Source: a virus | Reading direction: 5' to 3' (one strand) | Virus record (IMG/VR): IMGVR_UViG_3300048818_000143 | Coordinates: 1-64,000 of that record | Length of the DNA: 64,000 nt | Shown here: one piece after another, positions 27,931-36,008 of the stretch | Layout: each line of letters begins with the position of its first letter | Numbering within the stretch: position 1 is the first letter of the stretch | Position numbers and translations under genes: made by a program | The notes under the pieces: model-generated | The model's database searches: none | Told to the model about the DNA's origin: nothing | What the model saw: the letters and a program-made list of their open reading frames with translations, nothing else

Positions 27931-28440
27931 TTACGGGACGATGACGTAGGTGATCGTGGCGCCAAGCACGTTGTAGCCCTGATAGCAGACATCGATACCC
28001 GGGCTCGCCGCCGCCGCTGGAACCGGTCCATCGACCATCGTGTTGCCCGGTCCGTACATCGCGCCACCGTTGGCTCCGTAAATGCCAAGCTGCGCCTGTC
28101 CGAGCGCCGGTACGACCGACCCGTAGGGGCTGCTCGTCGCACATGGAGTGCCCGCGACCTGCACGCCATAGGAAAGCGTGAGCGCCGGCGTCGCGCCGTT
28201 GCTGTTGAAAGGCTGCGCCACTTCGACGCTACAGATGTAAATCTGCTTGCCTAGCACACCCGGTATCGCGGTGAACGTCGCGCTTGCTCCAGGGGCCGCG
28301 AGGAATTTGCTTCGCTTCGGGTAGATGGCGCATGGGTCCATCGCCGTCTGCGCAAACACAAAACCGGCGAAGCCGAGCATGCACGCGACTACCAGAAGCC
28401 TCGCCAGATTCGCCCGGATCGATCCTTTTTCTGCTTTCAT
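27931..28440 (-). CDS. small secreted Cys-containing protein, paralog family member (169 aa)
   Basis: Start at MKAEKGSIRANLARLLVVACMLGFAGFVFA/QT with a GAAGGA RBS. Paralogous pattern shared with 24880-25368. Confidence 0.6.
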   Translation of the reverse strand: MKAEKGSIRANLARLLVVACMLGFAGFVFAQTAMDPCAIYPKRSKFLAAPGASATFTAIPGVLGKQIYICSVEVAQPFNSNGATPALTLSYGVQVAGTPCATSSPYGSVVPALGQAQLGIYGANGGAMYGPGNTMVDGPVPAAAASPGIDVCYQGYNVLGATITYVIVP

Positions 28441-28457
28441 TTTTCCTTCACCCGCCC

Positions 28458-28835
28458 CTAGAAACTGCACACTGAGACGCTCTGGCTAGAGCAACCCATG
28501 TCGACCGGCACGATGCAGTAGACCGCGCCCGAGGGAACAATCGGATTGGTCTTCGCCGCATGCTCAGTTGGCAAAATCGGCACAGTCGCCGCAGTCGGCA
28601 CCAGCGTTCCTGAATAAATGGTCGCCGCGGTCACGTCTATGTCGCAATAGGCCGGACACGAAGTCCCGCCGACGAAATAGAATAGCGGTCCACGGCCCGT
28701 CCCACCTGCGGCAAAATTGGCCGCCACAAGCTGAGTCGAAGAAGTCGTAATAGTCGCGGTCGAACAGATGGCATGCGCCAGATTCGGCACGGCCAGCATT
28801 ACCGCGAATAGCGCTGCTACTAGGTATTTTCTCAT
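28458..28835 (-). CDS. small secreted Cys-rich protein (125 aa)
   Basis: Signal MRKYLVAALFAVMLAVPNLAHA/IC, with a GGAGG RBS 7 nt upstream. Seven Cys in the mature part. Loosely resembles the two paralogs above. Confidence 0.6.
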   Translation of the reverse strand: MRKYLVAALFAVMLAVPNLAHAICSTATITTSSTQLVAANFAAGGTGRGPLFYFVGGTSCPAYCDIDVTAATIYSGTLVPTAATVPILPTEHAAKTNPIVPSGAVYCIVPVDMGCSSQSVSVCSF

Positions 28836-28903
28836 CTCGATTCCTCCGCGACTCGAACCCTACTTTTTGTCTTTTTTCTTGTCGTCTTTCTTTGACTTTT
28901 TCA

Positions 28904-29155
28904 CTACGGCCTCCCTTTGCTGACGGTGTCTCTTTCCCACGTGATCTTCGTGCGCGACTCGCCCATCGCGTCGGCATCATACGGAGATCCGACCTGCGGT
29001 CCAGCGTTCTGCCCGAGGTCCAGTTGCATGCCTTTAGTCAGCATCTGAACCGGCACTTCCCACGAAAACGCATCGGCGTGCCGCTGCGCGTCGTTATCGC
29101 CCGGCAGGATCTTATAGTCGCTGTCGAAAACTTTCGCCTTGCTCTTAACAGGCAT
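28904..29155 (-). CDS. hypothetical small structural-module protein (83 aa)
   Basis: ORF with ordinary composition (MPVKSKAKVFDSDYKILPGDND...), placed between capsid-proximal genes. Confidence 0.5.
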   Translation of the reverse strand: MPVKSKAKVFDSDYKILPGDNDAQRHADAFSWEVPVQMLTKGMQLDLGQNAGPQVGSPYDADAMGESRTKITWERDTVSKGRP

Positions 29156-29164
29156 GACTGCCTC

Positions 29165-29416
29165 CTACTTCTTTCCGTATTTGCTAGCGTACAATCCCGT
29201 ACCGCCGAGCCTTGTTTTCTCGGTTACTTCGAATTCCATGCGCTCACGATGGCGCAGGTCGCGTTCGGTCGGAACATGCGAAGCCATCTCAAGCGGGCTG
29301 TCGTCGAGAATGAGATCGTCAATTCTCGATCGCGCGCCGCCGTCGCCGCTACCTACGCACGCCTGGCCGTTCGGATAACCGAGGTAGCCCAAGGACATGA
29401 AGATTCCGTTAGCCAT
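29165..29416 (-). CDS. hypothetical small protein (83 aa)
   Basis: Internal ATG (MANGIFMSLGYLGYPNGQ...) lies 2 nt after the stop of 29419-30219. The longer 302-aa reading is Arg-rich and overlaps that gene. Confidence 0.45.
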   Translation of the reverse strand: MANGIFMSLGYLGYPNGQACVGSGDGGARSRIDDLILDDSPLEMASHVPTERDLRHRERMEFEVTEKTRLGGTGLYASKYGKK

Positions 29417-29418
29417 GG

Positions 29419-30219
29419 CTAATTGCCGTAGTAACCTCGCATCGTGTAATTGATGCGCCCGGTGATCGGCGTGGTCGCCGCGTTGTAAGTGGTCGGTGAT
29501 GCGTGAATCTTCAGCGTCAACCACTGCTGCCCGATGATTGCCGGCACCACGGGGTTTGGCGTTCCCGGTGGCGGTGTCGTGTTGAATGGCGAAGAATAGC
29601 CCGCTGGTATCGCGCTCGGCACCGCGGTCGCGGTTGCCACGGTCGTCGAGCTCACGCTGCCCCATGACAGGAGTACGATGCCCGATCCGGCTTGGACTGC
29701 CGCGATCGCCTGATACGCCGCCGTATTTCCGGCCTGCTGAATCAACGAACCCTTCGGAATGACGACTCCAGCGACGCTCGAGTAGCAGGTTACGAAAGTG
29801 CTGCCCGAGAGTGAGGCGTATCCGATCAGGATGCCGTTCACCATCAAAAGGCCGTTGGTCGCGGTGAAACTCGCGGTCGAAGCCGCTGCCGTCAACGTGA
29901 AGCTGGTCCCGAGCGCCGGCGTAGTGAACGCGGTCCCTACGGTGCCGCTGGTTGCCGCGGCGAGAATCTGGTTGTCGCCCAAGTCGAACGTCACGGCGCT
30001 GCCGGTGTCCAGCTCGGGGATGTTCACTTCGTAATCCTGAAGCGTGCAGCCGCCAGGAATCGGCGCGAGGCAAATGACGTCACCAATCAGGAAGCCCGCG
30101 GCGCCAGTCTGCAACAGCATAGTCGCAAGCGTGGCGATGAACGAGTCCTCCATCGCCGCTGCATTCGGTTGGGATTTCGACGGCAATACCGCCGTATCGG
30201 CGAAATAAATCTGTCCCAT
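29419..30219 (-). CDS. capsid-associated structural protein (decoration-like, 266 aa)
   Basis: Ala/Thr/Gly-rich beta-type protein, two genes downstream of the major capsid gene. Call is contextual. Confidence 0.5.
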   Translation of the reverse strand: MGQIYFADTAVLPSKSQPNAAAMEDSFIATLATMLLQTGAAGFLIGDVICLAPIPGGCTLQDYEVNIPELDTGSAVTFDLGDNQILAAATSGTVGTAFTTPALGTSFTLTAAASTASFTATNGLLMVNGILIGYASLSGSTFVTCYSSVAGVVIPKGSLIQQAGNTAAYQAIAAVQAGSGIVLLSWGSVSSTTVATATAVPSAIPAGYSSPFNTTPPPGTPNPVVPAIIGQQWLTLKIHASPTTYNAATTPITGRINYTMRGYYGN

Positions 30220-30220
30220 G

Positions 30221-30715
30221 TTAGAATCCCACCTCCACCGGTTTCCGGGGGTCTACTTCCGGCTCTTCTTCTTCAACGGGCTTGGGCGGCGGCTGGTTGT
30301 ACACGTTCACCTTGCCCGCATCCGCCTGCGCCTGTTTCGCGTGCGCAAGTTCCCGCTCCGCGCGTTCGCGCTCTTTCAGCGCCGCGTCTGCCGCGATCTT
30401 CGCGTCTACGGCGGCCTTTTTGTCCGCTGCCGCTTTCATCACCAGCGCGCGCCGAGGAGTACAAACCGGGCAATCGTCGCGATGAGAGTCGAGCATCTTG
30501 GTATGCGGAGACTCGACCTTGCCGTGGTCCTTGTCCCACTGGATCCGCCTCTTTTCCAAGTCGGCGGCTTGCGCCGGTGTGTACCGCGCACGCTCTTCGG
30601 AGCTCAACAGGTCGCCTTCGAACGCTGGCTCTGGCATGTCGTGAGTAACGAGATGCTCCAAGGAGTCGGCAATTCGGCTCGCAAAATTGATCATCTGATT
30701 TGCATTCGCGTCCAT
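30221..30715 (-). CDS. hypothetical charged coiled-coil protein (164 aa)
   Basis: ORF directly downstream of the capsid gene, with a Lys/Ala/Glu-rich helical segment. The competing + strand ORFs are Arg/Pro-rich. Confidence 0.55.
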   Translation of the reverse strand: MDANANQMINFASRIADSLEHLVTHDMPEPAFEGDLLSSEERARYTPAQAADLEKRRIQWDKDHGKVESPHTKMLDSHRDDCPVCTPRRALVMKAAADKKAAVDAKIAADAALKERERAERELAHAKQAQADAGKVNVYNQPPPKPVEEEEPEVDPRKPVEVGF

Positions 30716-30765
30716 CTAGCCCTCTAAAATAGAACCTGTTATTATGGCGCTATAGCTCTTTTTAC

Positions 30766-31986
30766 TTAGGTTACGGAAACAAACGTACTCCCTGTAATCA
30801 CGCCGTAGTCGCTGCCGCCGAACTGCGTCTTGCACAGCCCGAAAATCATTCCATTGATGATTCGAAGCTGGTTGTTACCGTCCAGAGGCTCTTCTACCCA
30901 CTTCACTCGCAGCGGATTGTCGGGGGTTCCATCGGCCATTCCGACCGCCAGCGCGATTCCCTGAGCGCCCAGAAACACGAAGCGCCCGATGTTCGCGGTC
31001 GCGTACGAGTAGCTATAGAGACTGTTTGGCGCCGGCACGAGCTGCTTGGTCTGCGGATTCTTGACTTGGTTCGTGGTCGAGGTCAGCCCGTCTCCCCAAG
31101 GGAGGTAGGTGTCCTGATGCAGCACCACGTTGTCGAAAATTCCGAGCGCGCCGGTGAAAAGCGGGTTGCCTTGAATCTGGCCGCCCTGTAGCGCGGCTCG
31201 CATCAAGTCTCCCCACTCCCCCTGCGAGAAATTCTTTTTGAGGTCTTTGACTTGCAGATGATCCAGGAACGCCACACCCGCGATTTCCAGACCATTGATG
31301 ACGACCGGCTTGATAGGAACCGCGAGGTTGCCCTGCGCCATCGCCACCATGTCCGGAATCATGTCCAGATTGAACGCATACTTAGGGTCGGTGCCTACGG
31401 TCGATTCCGTAGTCGCGCCGCCCGGAAATATGACGTGATCGCTCGAAGGCTCGATCGGCGACTGCATTCCGGTGTAGTTGTACGCACCCGCATCGCCCGG
31501 GTTCTGCGCGTTGATCGCGTTATTCAGATACGGAAGCTTGGTCGCTCCGGTATTGCCCGCCGCCTGATTCATCAGCGAGTAGTCGATCATGGTCCGGAAC
31601 CAGTTCGCGAGGCCGTTGCGCGCCTTATCCCTTAGGGAGAAAGGCACCCGCTGCTGCGACATCATGCCCTTGAGGAGCATGGCTTGTCGCAACTGATTGA
31701 TGACCAGCGCTGCCTGATCGTAGGTCAGAGGCACTTCGTTGCCGGCGATAACCGAATCGCCCGCGATGCCAGGGCCGAACGGATTGTAAATCAAGTCGTA
31801 CTTGATCGTGTCTCCGTTCTTCTCCGAGGTCTCCTCGAAGTACTGGACGAAATTGCTCGGGTCGTCTTTCGATAGCCCGACCGCCATCAACTTCGAGGCA
31901 GTCGTGTATCGGATGGCCTGAGCGTAGGTGAGTTCCGAATAAAGGGTGACGGCTGCGGGGTCGCCGGCAACTATGACTGTTTCCAT
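30766..31986 (-). CDS. major capsid protein, N4-gp56-like family (HK97 fold)
   Basis: 406 aa. The N-terminal region (KNGDTIKYDLIYNPFGPGIAGDSVIAGNEVPLTYDQAALVINQLRQA) matches the remembered signature of the N4-gp56 capsid family (GDTI.F.L...L.G.G..GD..L.GNEE.L......V.ID.LR.A). Lies downstream of portal and scaffold. Confidence 0.75.
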   Translation of the reverse strand: METVIVAGDPAAVTLYSELTYAQAIRYTTASKLMAVGLSKDDPSNFVQYFEETSEKNGDTIKYDLIYNPFGPGIAGDSVIAGNEVPLTYDQAALVINQLRQAMLLKGMMSQQRVPFSLRDKARNGLANWFRTMIDYSLMNQAAGNTGATKLPYLNNAINAQNPGDAGAYNYTGMQSPIEPSSDHVIFPGGATTESTVGTDPKYAFNLDMIPDMVAMAQGNLAVPIKPVVINGLEIAGVAFLDHLQVKDLKKNFSQGEWGDLMRAALQGGQIQGNPLFTGALGIFDNVVLHQDTYLPWGDGLTSTTNQVKNPQTKQLVPAPNSLYSYSYATANIGRFVFLGAQGIALAVGMADGTPDNPLRVKWVEEPLDGNNQLRIINGMIFGLCKTQFGGSDYGVITGSTFVSVT

Positions 31987-32175
31987 CTCAGCACTGCCTC
32001 CACGTCAACGCTACGAATCGGTCAGCGCGGGAGGCCATCGTGAGATGGTCGCTTCGTTTCTTTTGTCTCGACCGGAAGGACGGTCGGCTGCTTTTTAATT
32101 ACGCTGTTAGCGTCAGCACTTCCGCTAAGCACACGATTACGCGCATGCAACATTCTTGTCAAGTGTCGATTCTGT

Positions 32176-32204
32176 TTGACCCCCGCCCTATTTTCCGTTA
32201 TGAA
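32176..32204 (+). promoter_or_regulatory. putative promoter of the plus-strand glycosylation island
   Basis: TTGACC (32176-32181), 17-nt spacer, then TATGAAAAT (from 32199), followed by AAGGAG and the ATG at 32234. The same architecture occurs at 48448-48479. Confidence 0.4.
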
Positions 32205-32233
32205 AATAGACATCTCGCAAAGGAGCGTCTGAT

Positions 32234-32638
32234 ATGGATCAACCGTGGATAGGGGCAGGAACAGAATTTATTATCATTTTGGTGGTCATGGGCGTGATCG
32301 TCTGGGCGGTCTATGGATATCCCATGTGGCGCGTATGGGCGCAGGAGCGAGCAGGTGCTGCCGATCTCGCGCAGGCTCATATGGAGCAGCAGGTTCAGGT
32401 AGCGCGGGCTAAAGGTCGCCTCGATGCGGCGCAACTCAATAAGCAGGCCGCCATCGTAGAGGCCGAAGCTGTCTCGGAGCAGATCAAGCGCATCGGTGAA
32501 CAACTGACTTCGCACGACCTTTATCTCAAATGGCAGTGGATCAAAATGATGGAAGAGACCGACAACAACGATGTCATCTACGTTCCAACGGAAGCTAATA
32601 TACCGATCCTCGAAGCCACGCGACTGAAGGACCGGTAG
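32234..32638 (+). CDS. membrane-anchored protein with SPFH/band-7-like C-terminal coiled coil (134 aa)
   Basis: N-terminal TM (FIIILVVMGVIVWAVYGYPMW). The following AQAHMEQQVQVARAKG...AAIVEAEAVSEQIKRIGEQL...YLKWQWIKMM...VIYVPTE resembles the C-terminal part of stomatin/HflC-type proteins. The core SPFH domain seems absent. Confidence 0.5.
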   Translation: MDQPWIGAGTEFIIILVVMGVIVWAVYGYPMWRVWAQERAGAADLAQAHMEQQVQVARAKGRLDAAQLNKQAAIVEAEAVSEQIKRIGEQLTSHDLYLKWQWIKMMEETDNNDVIYVPTEANIPILEATRLKDR

Positions 32639-33996
32639 GTGAAACGGATTCTTTTCTGGGCGCTTCTGGCGCATAGCGCCGCTATTTTAGCTATGCGCTG
32701 GAATCAGCCCCTGGTAGGTGAACATGGATTCCGACAAACTCAAACCGCCCTCAGTGTTTTCTGGCTCCTGCGGGGAGGCCCATGGCTGGCTTACTGGACT
32801 CCTGTGCTCGGCCCTCCATGGTCGATCCCGTTTGAATTCCCCCTCTTCCAATGGATCGTTGCCCTGCTCGCACGAATGGGCGTTGGACTCGATCCGGCCG
32901 GACGTTGCGTCGCTTGGGCTTTTGGCGTTCTGGCATTGTTCCCGCTGCGACGAATCGCGACGCACCTCGACATTGATCCGTGGATCGTTGGGTGCCTCTA
33001 CCTTGCCAGTCCTCTCTATCTCTACTGGTCGACAGCGTTCTTAATCGATACGTGCGCGCTGTTTTTGTGCACTGAATTTCTCGCTCTGATGATGGAGGAT
33101 AAGTGGATACTCGGCATGTTCGTTGGCATCTTAGCTGCGCTGGTAAAATTGCCGTCCTTCGTAATTTTTGCTGCTGTGTCGTTGCTGTTGCCGCTGGCAT
33201 CGCATGGACGAACTATACTGATGCCGTTAAGGCCCAAAGTCCTCTAGGGGCACTTCTGACCACCTCGCAGCCGGCGCAGCGCAAGCATAATTTCGGGACG
33301 CTGGAGCAGCGCTTTTCGCCCGCGCTTTGGGATACGATCAAGGAACGGATTCAGGAGATTCTATGATCGCGCTGGTTTGCTTCGGAGCCTTCCTGCTGCC
33401 CTTCTTTCTGTTCCCTACGCTCTATGAAGTACACGCCTACTACTCGGTGGCCTGCGGAGTTTTTCTTATCCTGGCTATCGCTAAAATGTTGACGGAGGAA
33501 TTGTGAAGACTATCGGATTATCCATGGCCGGGTTCATTCTCATCCTTGGCCTTGGACTCGGCGAATGGTGTCTGCTCGCAAGGATGAACTGCGGTTCTTA
33601 TTGGCCTCCGTGTTGCAATTGCCGTGACCCTCTTTTCGAGCATTGGTGGTCTGACAAGATCAAGGATACTCCATGAAGTCCCTGCTTTTCTATCTCCTGA
33701 TCGCCTCGCAGTTGCTGTACTTCTATGCACACTACGACCTGCGCCCGAGCGATGGCGGGATCGTCGCCTTCGCGCGTGATATCCGCGACCACACGAAGCC
33801 GGACGATGTTATTCTGATCTACGGACTCGAATGGAATCCCGAGCTCCCCTACTATGCGGAACGCAAGGCTGTGATGTTTCCGGCCTCGTTGATGACGCCC
33901 GAGCAGATCGCGCGCGCGTCAAAGTGGGCAAATTCTCTCAACGTAGGCGCCGTGGTTCGATGCGCCGACAAAGGCTGTGAGGTCGAATATCGATGA
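32639..33996 (+). pseudogene. GT-C (ArnT/PMT-like) membrane glycosyltransferase split into five consecutive ORFs (decayed or genuinely split gene)
   Basis: The ORFs are 32639-33247 (frame 2; multi-TM, ArnT-like N-terminus), 33103-33366 (frame 1; AWTNYTDAVKAQSPLG loop), 33363-33506 (47 aa, TM), 33503-33676 (57 aa, TM + Cys-rich) and 33673-33996 (TM + DDVILIYGLEWNPELPYYAERK periplasmic tail). The last three junctions are ATGA/GTGA overlaps. The first needs a -1 shift near the T5 run at 33165-33169. Confidence 0.5.
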
Positions 33997-35081
33997 GCAA
34001 CGTCATTATCGTTACGGGGAGTGCGGGACTGATTGGCTCTGCTGCGGTTCGCTTTTTCGCCGAAAAAGGCTTCGATATTGTGGGCGTCGATAACGACATG
34101 CGCGCGCAGTTTTTCGGCGCGGCCGCCAGTACGAGGCCCAACTTGCGACAACTGGCAAGCGAGGTCAAACACTACTTCCACTACAACATCGATATCCGCG
34201 ACCAGCTCGGCGTCGAGGCGCTATTTAGGCGGGGCGACAAAAACATCCATGCGATCGTCCACTGCGCCTCTCAGCCTTCGCACGATTGGGCGGCCTCCGA
34301 CCCGCATACCGACTTCGGGGTGAACGCGGTAGGGACGCTCAATCTGCTGGAAGCGACGCGCCGCTATTGCCCGGAAGCGCCGTTCGTCTTCATGTCGAGC
34401 TCGAAGGTGTACGGGGATACGCCCAACAAAATCATGCTGGAAGAACTAGACACCCGCTTCGACATTCCCCGAGGCGAGACCCAAATTAGCGAAATCGGAC
34501 TTTGGTATTCCGGCGACGGCATCAACGAGCGCATGTCCATCGACCAATCGCTTCATTCCCTCTTCGGAGTTTCGAAACTCAGTGCCGATCTGCTCGTACA
34601 GGAATACGGCCGTTACTTCGGAATGAAAACCGTCTGCTTCCGGCCCGGCTGTCTCACCGGCCCCAACCACGCAGGAGTTGAACAACATGGGTTCCTTTCG
34701 CACTTGGTTAAGTGCGCTGTTTCGGGCGCGCCGTACCGAATCATTGGTTACGGGGGAAAGCAGGTCCGAGATAACATTCACTCTCAAGATGTCGTGTCCG
34801 CGATGTGGGAGTTTATTAGAGCGCCCCGTTCTGGTGTCGTCTACAACCTTGGTGGAGGTCGGCACTCCAACTGTTCAATCCTTGAAGCCATCGCGGACTG
34901 TGAAAGGCTGACCGGCAAGAAGATGGAAACTTCCTACGTCGATACTCCGCGTAAGGGCGATCACAAATTCTGGATTGGCGACCCACGCAAATGGCAAAGT
35001 CATTACCCGAACTGGACCTGGACCTATGATCACGAGCGGTTGATAACTGAGATGGTCGAAGCCGAGCAGGCCGCGAAGTGA
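33993..35081 (+). CDS. NAD-dependent sugar epimerase/dehydratase (extended SDR, CDP-paratose-2-epimerase-like)
   Basis: Rossmann motif VTGSAGLIGS, then MSSSKVYG and the GVSKLSADLLVQEYGRYFGMKTVCFRPGCLTGP block. The expected catalytic Tyr of YxxxK is Phe (F191, nt 34563-34565). ATGA overlap with the upstream ORF. Confidence 0.75.
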   Translation: MSNVIIVTGSAGLIGSAAVRFFAEKGFDIVGVDNDMRAQFFGAAASTRPNLRQLASEVKHYFHYNIDIRDQLGVEALFRRGDKNIHAIVHCASQPSHDWAASDPHTDFGVNAVGTLNLLEATRRYCPEAPFVFMSSSKVYGDTPNKIMLEELDTRFDIPRGETQISEIGLWYSGDGINERMSIDQSLHSLFGVSKLSADLLVQEYGRYFGMKTVCFRPGCLTGPNHAGVEQHGFLSHLVKCAVSGAPYRIIGYGGKQVRDNIHSQDVVSAMWEFIRAPRSGVVYNLGGGRHSNCSILEAIADCERLTGKKMETSYVDTPRKGDHKFWIGDPRKWQSHYPNWTWTYDHERLITEMVEAEQAAK

Positions 35082-35725
35082 AGCTGTCTGTCGTCATACC
35101 CGCGCGGGAAGAAGGAGTAAACGCCGTCATTACGCACGGCAAAATAAAGTCGCTCCTTCTGCGGCGAGATATCGAAAGTGAAATCATAATCTCCCCCGAC
35201 GATGGCGAACCTCACGGCTATGGGCTGGCTGTGCGACGCGGCCTCACACGCTGCACGGGAGACGTAATTGCGATCATGATGGCGGATGGTTCCGACGATC
35301 CCGCCGATCTAGTTCGTTGCTTTCATCGTATCGAAGTCGAAGGTTACGACTGTTGCTTCGGCTCGCGGTGGGACTGGAGCGGTTCTCTTTTATTTAGAGT
35401 AGAGGACTATCCGTGGCCCAAGCTCATCCTGAATCGCCTCGCCAACAAAGCCATCCAGTGGCTCTTCTGGATCGACTACAACGACGTGACCAACGCCTTC
35501 AAGCTCTACCGGCGCGAGGTCATAGAAGCCATCCAGCCGCTCGAAAGCGAGCAATTCGACCTGACTGTCGAGATGCCGCTGAAAGCGATTACTATGGGCT
35601 TCAAGTACGCAGTGATCCCCATCTCATGGACGAATCGAAAGGTAGGAAAAAGTAAATGGCGAATCAGCGAACTTGGAAGCAAATACGTCCGGCGAGTCCT
35701 GCAACTGTGGTGGCGCTCGCTTTAA
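35078..35725 (+). CDS. GT2 polyprenyl-phosphate glycosyltransferase (Dpm1/Ppm1/GtrB/ArnC-like, 215 aa)
   Basis: GTG start in a GTGA overlap. KLSVVIPAREE..., IAIMMADGSDDPADL (DxD-type) and GSRW...NDVTNAFKLYRREV...EMPLKA...IPISWTNRKVGKSKW fit the Dpm1-like GT2 pattern. Confidence 0.7.
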   Translation: MKLSVVIPAREEGVNAVITHGKIKSLLLRRDIESEIIISPDDGEPHGYGLAVRRGLTRCTGDVIAIMMADGSDDPADLVRCFHRIEVEGYDCCFGSRWDWSGSLLFRVEDYPWPKLILNRLANKAIQWLFWIDYNDVTNAFKLYRREVIEAIQPLESEQFDLTVEMPLKAITMGFKYAVIPISWTNRKVGKSKWRISELGSKYVRRVLQLWWRSL

Positions 35726-36000
35726 TAGCGATGCTCGCGATCAGTTGTAAGGCGTCTATTTTCGCCAACCACAACCTCGGCTTCAAAACCTGCATCAAGC
35801 CTACCTCGGAGCCTCTTAAAGAGCCGCGCATCTCTACGCGCGATATGGATCCCGACGATACGGATGCCTGTCTGATTACGGTCGACGTGCCCAAAGATTG
35901 GCACTGCTGGACCGACGAGGCCCACGTTCTCGACGTGAAGGATGCTTACAAGTCTCACATCGGCTGGGTGCATCAGCCGCTCTGCCATCACGGAAAGTAG
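35656..36000 (+). CDS. putative lipoprotein/secreted small protein (114 aa)
   Basis: N-terminus ..ATVVALALIAMLAISC/KAS is lipobox-like, and four further Cys follow. It overlaps the GT2 3' end by 70 nt, so the start is uncertain. Confidence 0.4.
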   Translation: MANQRTWKQIRPASPATVVALALIAMLAISCKASIFANHNLGFKTCIKPTSEPLKEPRISTRDMDPDDTDACLITVDVPKDWHCWTDEAHVLDVKDAYKSHIGWVHQPLCHHGK

Positions 36001-36008
36001 AAAGAGTT

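Noticed and set aside
28836-28903. A-rich spacer containing AAAAAAG, a dnaX-type slippery heptamer.
   Set aside because: It lies downstream of the stop codon of 28904-29155, in an untranslated spacer before the next RBS. No upstream frame reads into it, so programmed frameshifting is not supported.
29165-30073. 302-aa minus-strand ORF. The same applies to 24169-24876, 22534-23232, 22850-23317, 11107-11724 and 4057-4518.
   Set aside because: These are alternative frames of well-supported structural genes. They are dominated by Arg/Gly/His/Asp and lack independent start signals. Only the 3' 83 codons of 29165-30073 (29165-29416) were kept.
32069-32096. Hairpin CGACCG-GAAGGA-CGGTCG followed by GCTGCTTTTT on the plus strand.
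   Set aside because: It would terminate only antisense transcription coming out of the capsid gene, and it sits upstream of the island promoter. It could equally be a 5'-UTR structure of the capsid mRNA, so it is not called.
33165-33169. T5 run at the first junction of the split GT-C gene, considered as a programmed -1 frameshift site.
   Set aside because: The sequence is not a canonical X_XXY_YYZ heptamer in the zero frame, and no downstream pseudoknot or hairpin was seen. A mutational frameshift is more plausible.
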